Shown here: positions 44,308-46,825 of the stretch, piece by piece
Position numbering within the stretch: the stretch's first letter is position 1
Layout: each line of letters starts with the position of its first letter
DNA from: a virus
Taxonomy: Duplodnaviria > Caudoviricetes
DNA: 46,825 bases
Direction: 5' to 3' (one strand)
IMG/VR virus record: IMGVR_UViG_3300033480_000004
Location: 1 to 46,825 of that record
Position numbers and translations under genes: made by a program
Notes under the pieces: generated by a model
Database searches by the model: none
The model's input: the letters and a program-made list of their open reading frames with translations, nothing else
What the model was told of the DNA's origin: nothing

Positions 44308-44506
44308 CTTGTTTTTCCTCCTGATATTCCGGGTCATACCGGTGATTTGGATCAACACTTTGCATCAAGTCGCGTATCGCTTCAGTACAAATAACATAGC
44401 GCACGCGCCCCGTCTTTTCGCACCAATTCGAGAACCATGCGTATAAATCTGGATCGACAATGTGGATAGCGTTTTTGGTTACAATCGGTTTCGTAGGTTC
44501 ATTCAT
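44300..44506 (-). CDS. Small RHH-like DNA-binding protein (start MNEPTK)
   Basis: IVDPDLYAWFSNWCEKTGR..ICTEAIRDLM. Confidence 0.5.
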   Translation of the reverse strand: MNEPTKPIVTKNAIHIVDPDLYAWFSNWCEKTGRVRYVICTEAIRDLMQSVDPNHRYDPEYQEEKQDE

Positions 44507-44551
44507 AGTTTTTGTTAGGCCGAATACAAGGCGTTCGGCTGCGCCACTCAA

Positions 44552-44998
44552 CTATAGACTATCGGGGGTATCCCCGCCAGACATATCCACAACGATTACC
44601 CTATCTTTCCCAAACATACTGGCGGCTTCTTCGATAGGGTCAATCCGAACATGGTCATCCGTGTGCATCGGATAAATAGTAAGGTATTCGCCATACTTTG
44701 GGACGATTTTGTTGTCGATCCAATCATCAATGAATGATTGCACATTTTGGTTGGTGGGTAATACGTCAAATCCGGGGCAGACGACCTCGGCTAATTGCGG
44801 ATAGAGCGCCAAAATAACTGGTTTGGCTTCGTCCGCAACACGAAGCAGCGCGTGAGTGTAAAGCGATTCCCCAGACATATAATCCAAGATATCATAGACC
44901 GCATAGATTGGATATTGATATCCCAATTTGGTATGCGCTACCAGACGTCCTGTAGTAATACATAAGATTGTGCTGATATGGTATTGCTTCTCGGCCAT
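44552..44998 (-). CDS. Conserved-type phage hypothetical protein
   Basis: AGGAG RBS; ILCITTGRL..VYDILDYMSGESLYTHAL. Confidence 0.8.
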   Translation of the reverse strand: MAEKQYHISTILCITTGRLVAHTKLGYQYPIYAVYDILDYMSGESLYTHALLRVADEAKPVILALYPQLAEVVCPGFDVLPTNQNVQSFIDDWIDNKIVPKYGEYLTIYPMHTDDHVRIDPIEEAASMFGKDRVIVVDMSGGDTPDSL

Positions 44999-45072
44999 TA
45001 CTCAATTCTCCTATAGGTTATCAATTATTGGCGTACACCGCCTAGAAATAAAACTATTTGTGTATTGCTTCT

Positions 45073-45101
45073 ATCATAATCTAAAATCATATAATTGTAA
45101 A
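45073..45101 (-). promoter_or_regulatory. Sigma70-type promoter for the recombination operon
   Basis: TTTACA-17nt-TATGAT. Confidence 0.75.
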
Positions 45102-45114
45102 TAGGCAATTCCCC

Positions 45115-45143
45115 TTGTTTCTCAATCTCTAATGTGGTATACT
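45115..45143 (+). promoter_or_regulatory. Back-to-back promoter pointing antisense into the LmbU-like gene
   Basis: TTGTTT-17nt-TATACT with TGTGG extension. Confidence 0.6.
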
Positions 45144-45200
45144 CACCTCGATTAGTTACAAAACCAATACACAAGCGGTTAGGTAACACACCGCGGATCA

Positions 45201-45836
45201 TCAGGACGCCACGTCACTACTTAGGACGTGGTTTTCTTCTATAGCGGCATGGCGCTGTAGCAGGTTCTGTAGTCGATTTAATAGGCCGTCCGCCGCAGAA
45301 CCCCCGTTCGTGCGCTGGCGTTCCTCTAGCGCCTGTATAATCGTCTCAAGCTCAACAATCGTGAACGTCGTTGTGATCGAAATCGGGATGCCAGCATCAT
45401 GTTTAATTTGGCGGTCAAGTTCCCGCGCCGACCAATCATTGCTCACGGCGGCGGCTAGATATTCCCGGCGTTGTTCTATTTCGGGCAACCGAGCGGCGAA
45501 GCGGTAATGCTCATAAGTGAGATTCTCACCGCGCAATGAAGGTGGGATAGCATTAGCTACAGATTGGTAGTTGGCTAATGTACCAGCATCTTTCCCGGTG
45601 ATTCGTACCGCCTGGGTATAGGTTTCACCATAACGATGATCCCCGTAGACTAACCAATCGCCGATTGCCATTTGGATACACAATTCGATTGCCTGCAACG
45701 TCTGGCCGATAGCTTCCCATTCGTAATAATCCAAGCCATCGGCAAGCACTAACCCTTGCGGTGTAAGTTGCGCTTTAGACGTTTGGAGCGGGGTTAGTTG
45801 TATTGCCGCGTGGTTGTCGTTGCCGTTGTCGCTCAT
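45201..45836 (-). CDS. LmbU-like DNA-binding protein (stand-alone)
   Basis: WEAIG..MAIGDWLVYGDHRYGETY..LTYEHYRFAA..WSAREL; paralog of the methyltransferase N-terminus. Confidence 0.8.
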   Translation of the reverse strand: MSDNGNDNHAAIQLTPLQTSKAQLTPQGLVLADGLDYYEWEAIGQTLQAIELCIQMAIGDWLVYGDHRYGETYTQAVRITGKDAGTLANYQSVANAIPPSLRGENLTYEHYRFAARLPEIEQRREYLAAAVSNDWSARELDRQIKHDAGIPISITTTFTIVELETIIQALEERQRTNGGSAADGLLNRLQNLLQRHAAIEENHVLSSDVAS

Positions 45837-45988
45837 GGCCGCTCCAGGTAATCATCGTCGTCTGGTTCGTCGTCGTCGATCACACAACCGCAACATTCGC
45901 AATGCCAAATGAACGTCGTACTGTCATCGGCGTAAATGCGTTTCATCGGGTATTCACATTCTGGGCAATAGTATTCGATTGTCATCAT
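45833..45988 (-). CDS. Zinc-ribbon microprotein with acidic tail, 51 aa (not in ORF track)
   Basis: MMTIEYYCPECEYPM...WHCECCGCVIDDDEPDDDDYLERP; GAGG RBS, ATGA overlap. Confidence 0.75.
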   Translation of the reverse strand: MMTIEYYCPECEYPMKRIYADDSTTFIWHCECCGCVIDDDEPDDDDYLERP

Positions 45989-45992
45989 GATT

Positions 45993-46214
45993 TTAGTCCC
46001 TCACAAACAAGTTGCAATAGAAAGCCAGCGCCAGCATTTCACCCAAATGGCCGTCAATTACTTCATATACAGCCCAGACTGAATCGTCGTAGCTACACTC
46101 GATAGCCGCCGCTTGCGCTTCGTCCAGGTCGTCATACCAACTTCCGTTTTCGGGTTCTGGATTGTTCTCATAGAGAAGCTCAAAGGCTAAAGTTACCAAA
46201 TATCTAGTCATCAT
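45993..46214 (-). CDS. Small acidic hypothetical protein
   Basis: GGAG/GAGGG RBS. Confidence 0.7.
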   Translation of the reverse strand: MMTRYLVTLAFELLYENNPEPENGSWYDDLDEAQAAAIECSYDDSVWAVYEVIDGHLGEMLALAFYCNLFVRD

Positions 46215-46225
46215 ATCCCTCGCTC

Positions 46226-46381
46226 CTAATTCTGCGCCGGATTATGGCGCTGGCTTAACATCTTTGCGATTAGCAATACTACCTGTTTCATTTCATCGGA
46301 AGTAATCGTTTGGCGATTCCCGATGACTTGCGTAGTCGCTTCCTCAACGATAGCCTCTATCTCTTGCGTTGTGAGTTCCAT
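46226..46381 (-). CDS. Small hypothetical protein, 51 aa (not in ORF track)
   Basis: GGAGG RBS; MELTTQEIEAIVEEATTQVIGNRQ...; fills the gap between neighbours. Confidence 0.7.
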   Translation of the reverse strand: MELTTQEIEAIVEEATTQVIGNRQTITSDEMKQVVLLIAKMLSQRHNPAQN

Positions 46382-46385
46382 CAGG

Positions 46386-46825
46386 TTAGCCTCCGGTTAC
46401 TAAAAGCGGGCGCTCAGTGATTAAATCTATGCCTAGCATCTGTTGCGTTGCTTCATATTGGGCGCGAACAAAACCGGCCACGTGGTTAATCACTTCAGTA
46501 GCCAGTTCCAAACTCACCATGTCATCCTCGCCGAGGTTGCGCAACTTATCGCTGATAATGCCTTCGGTAATCGACAAATAACTCAGCGCAAGATAACCCA
46601 TCCAATCGCGCGGATTTTCACGCGGTTTTAATCCAAGCAATTCGCGCAACTGTTTGGCGGTGTACTGCAATAACTTGACATACGTTTGGTCAGTTGTTAC
46701 GGCGATGGTATGATCGCTTGCGCCACTGACACAATCCATAATCGCCGCCGTAAGCATCTTGCGCGTGGCAATGCCGTTTATCCGCGTCTCGATCCAGGCG
46801 GGTGATTTGCCCCTTGCTTCGTAGC
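46386..46825 (-). CDS. Bro-N/antirepressor-like protein, C-terminal part
   Basis: KQLRELLGLKPRENPRDWM resembles the GLK..ENLRD.M motif of Bro-N family C-termini; same frame as 1..560. Confidence 0.8.
   Translation of the reverse strand, partial: YEARGKSPAWIETRINGIATRKMLTAAIMDCVSGASDHTIAVTTDQTYVKLLQYTAKQLRELLGLKPRENPRDWMGYLALSYLSITEGIISDKLRNLGEDDMVSLELATEVINHVAGFVRAQYEATQQMLGIDLITERPLLVTGG
46699..46825. repeat. Terminal overlap, copy 2
   Basis: Identical to bases 1-127. Confidence 0.97.

Noticed and set aside
46699-46825. 127-nt end repeat as a biological direct terminal repeat
   Set aside because: It falls in the middle of a gene and its length equals a common assembler k-mer, so it is best read as a circularisation overlap
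1-46825. CRISPR array, tRNA genes or diversity-generating retroelement
   Set aside because: No regularly spaced repeats, no cloverleaf, no reverse transcriptase and no template/variable repeat pair seen by eye
1-46825. Stop-codon reassignment
   Set aside because: Genes tile densely under the standard code, and TAA, TAG and TGA all end well-coupled genes

Overview
The window is an apparently complete circular genome of a tailed dsDNA phage, probably siphovirus-like. Bases 1-127 are repeated exactly at 46699-46825, giving a unit length of 46698 bp. The minus-strand early/replication arm runs from 13395 leftwards through the contig junction down to about 40120. It encodes a Bro-N antirepressor-like protein (spanning the junction), a primase-helicase, a Gp37/Gp68 protein, an ASCH protein, a replication initiator, an HNH nuclease, a metallophosphoesterase, a RecT-like annealase, a VRR-NUC-like nuclease and many small proteins. 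The plus-strand arm (13596-40011) holds an LmbU-fused DNA methyltransferase, a nuclease-like gene, an HslV/proteasome-beta-like protease, terminase, head and tail genes, membrane proteins and an orphan HicB. No integrase, CI-type repressor or endolysin could be recognised. The most notable feature is a dense non-coding RNA layer. Two type II hammerhead ribozymes fill consecutive intergenic gaps of the first early operon, whose outer genes are paralogs sharing a WPRDS motif. There are also two c4-like attenuator RNAs, short promoter-terminator antisense units over gene leaders, further structured RNAs and a probable +1 tail-chaperone frameshift. All product calls come from reading motifs by eye; no database searches or folding programs were run.
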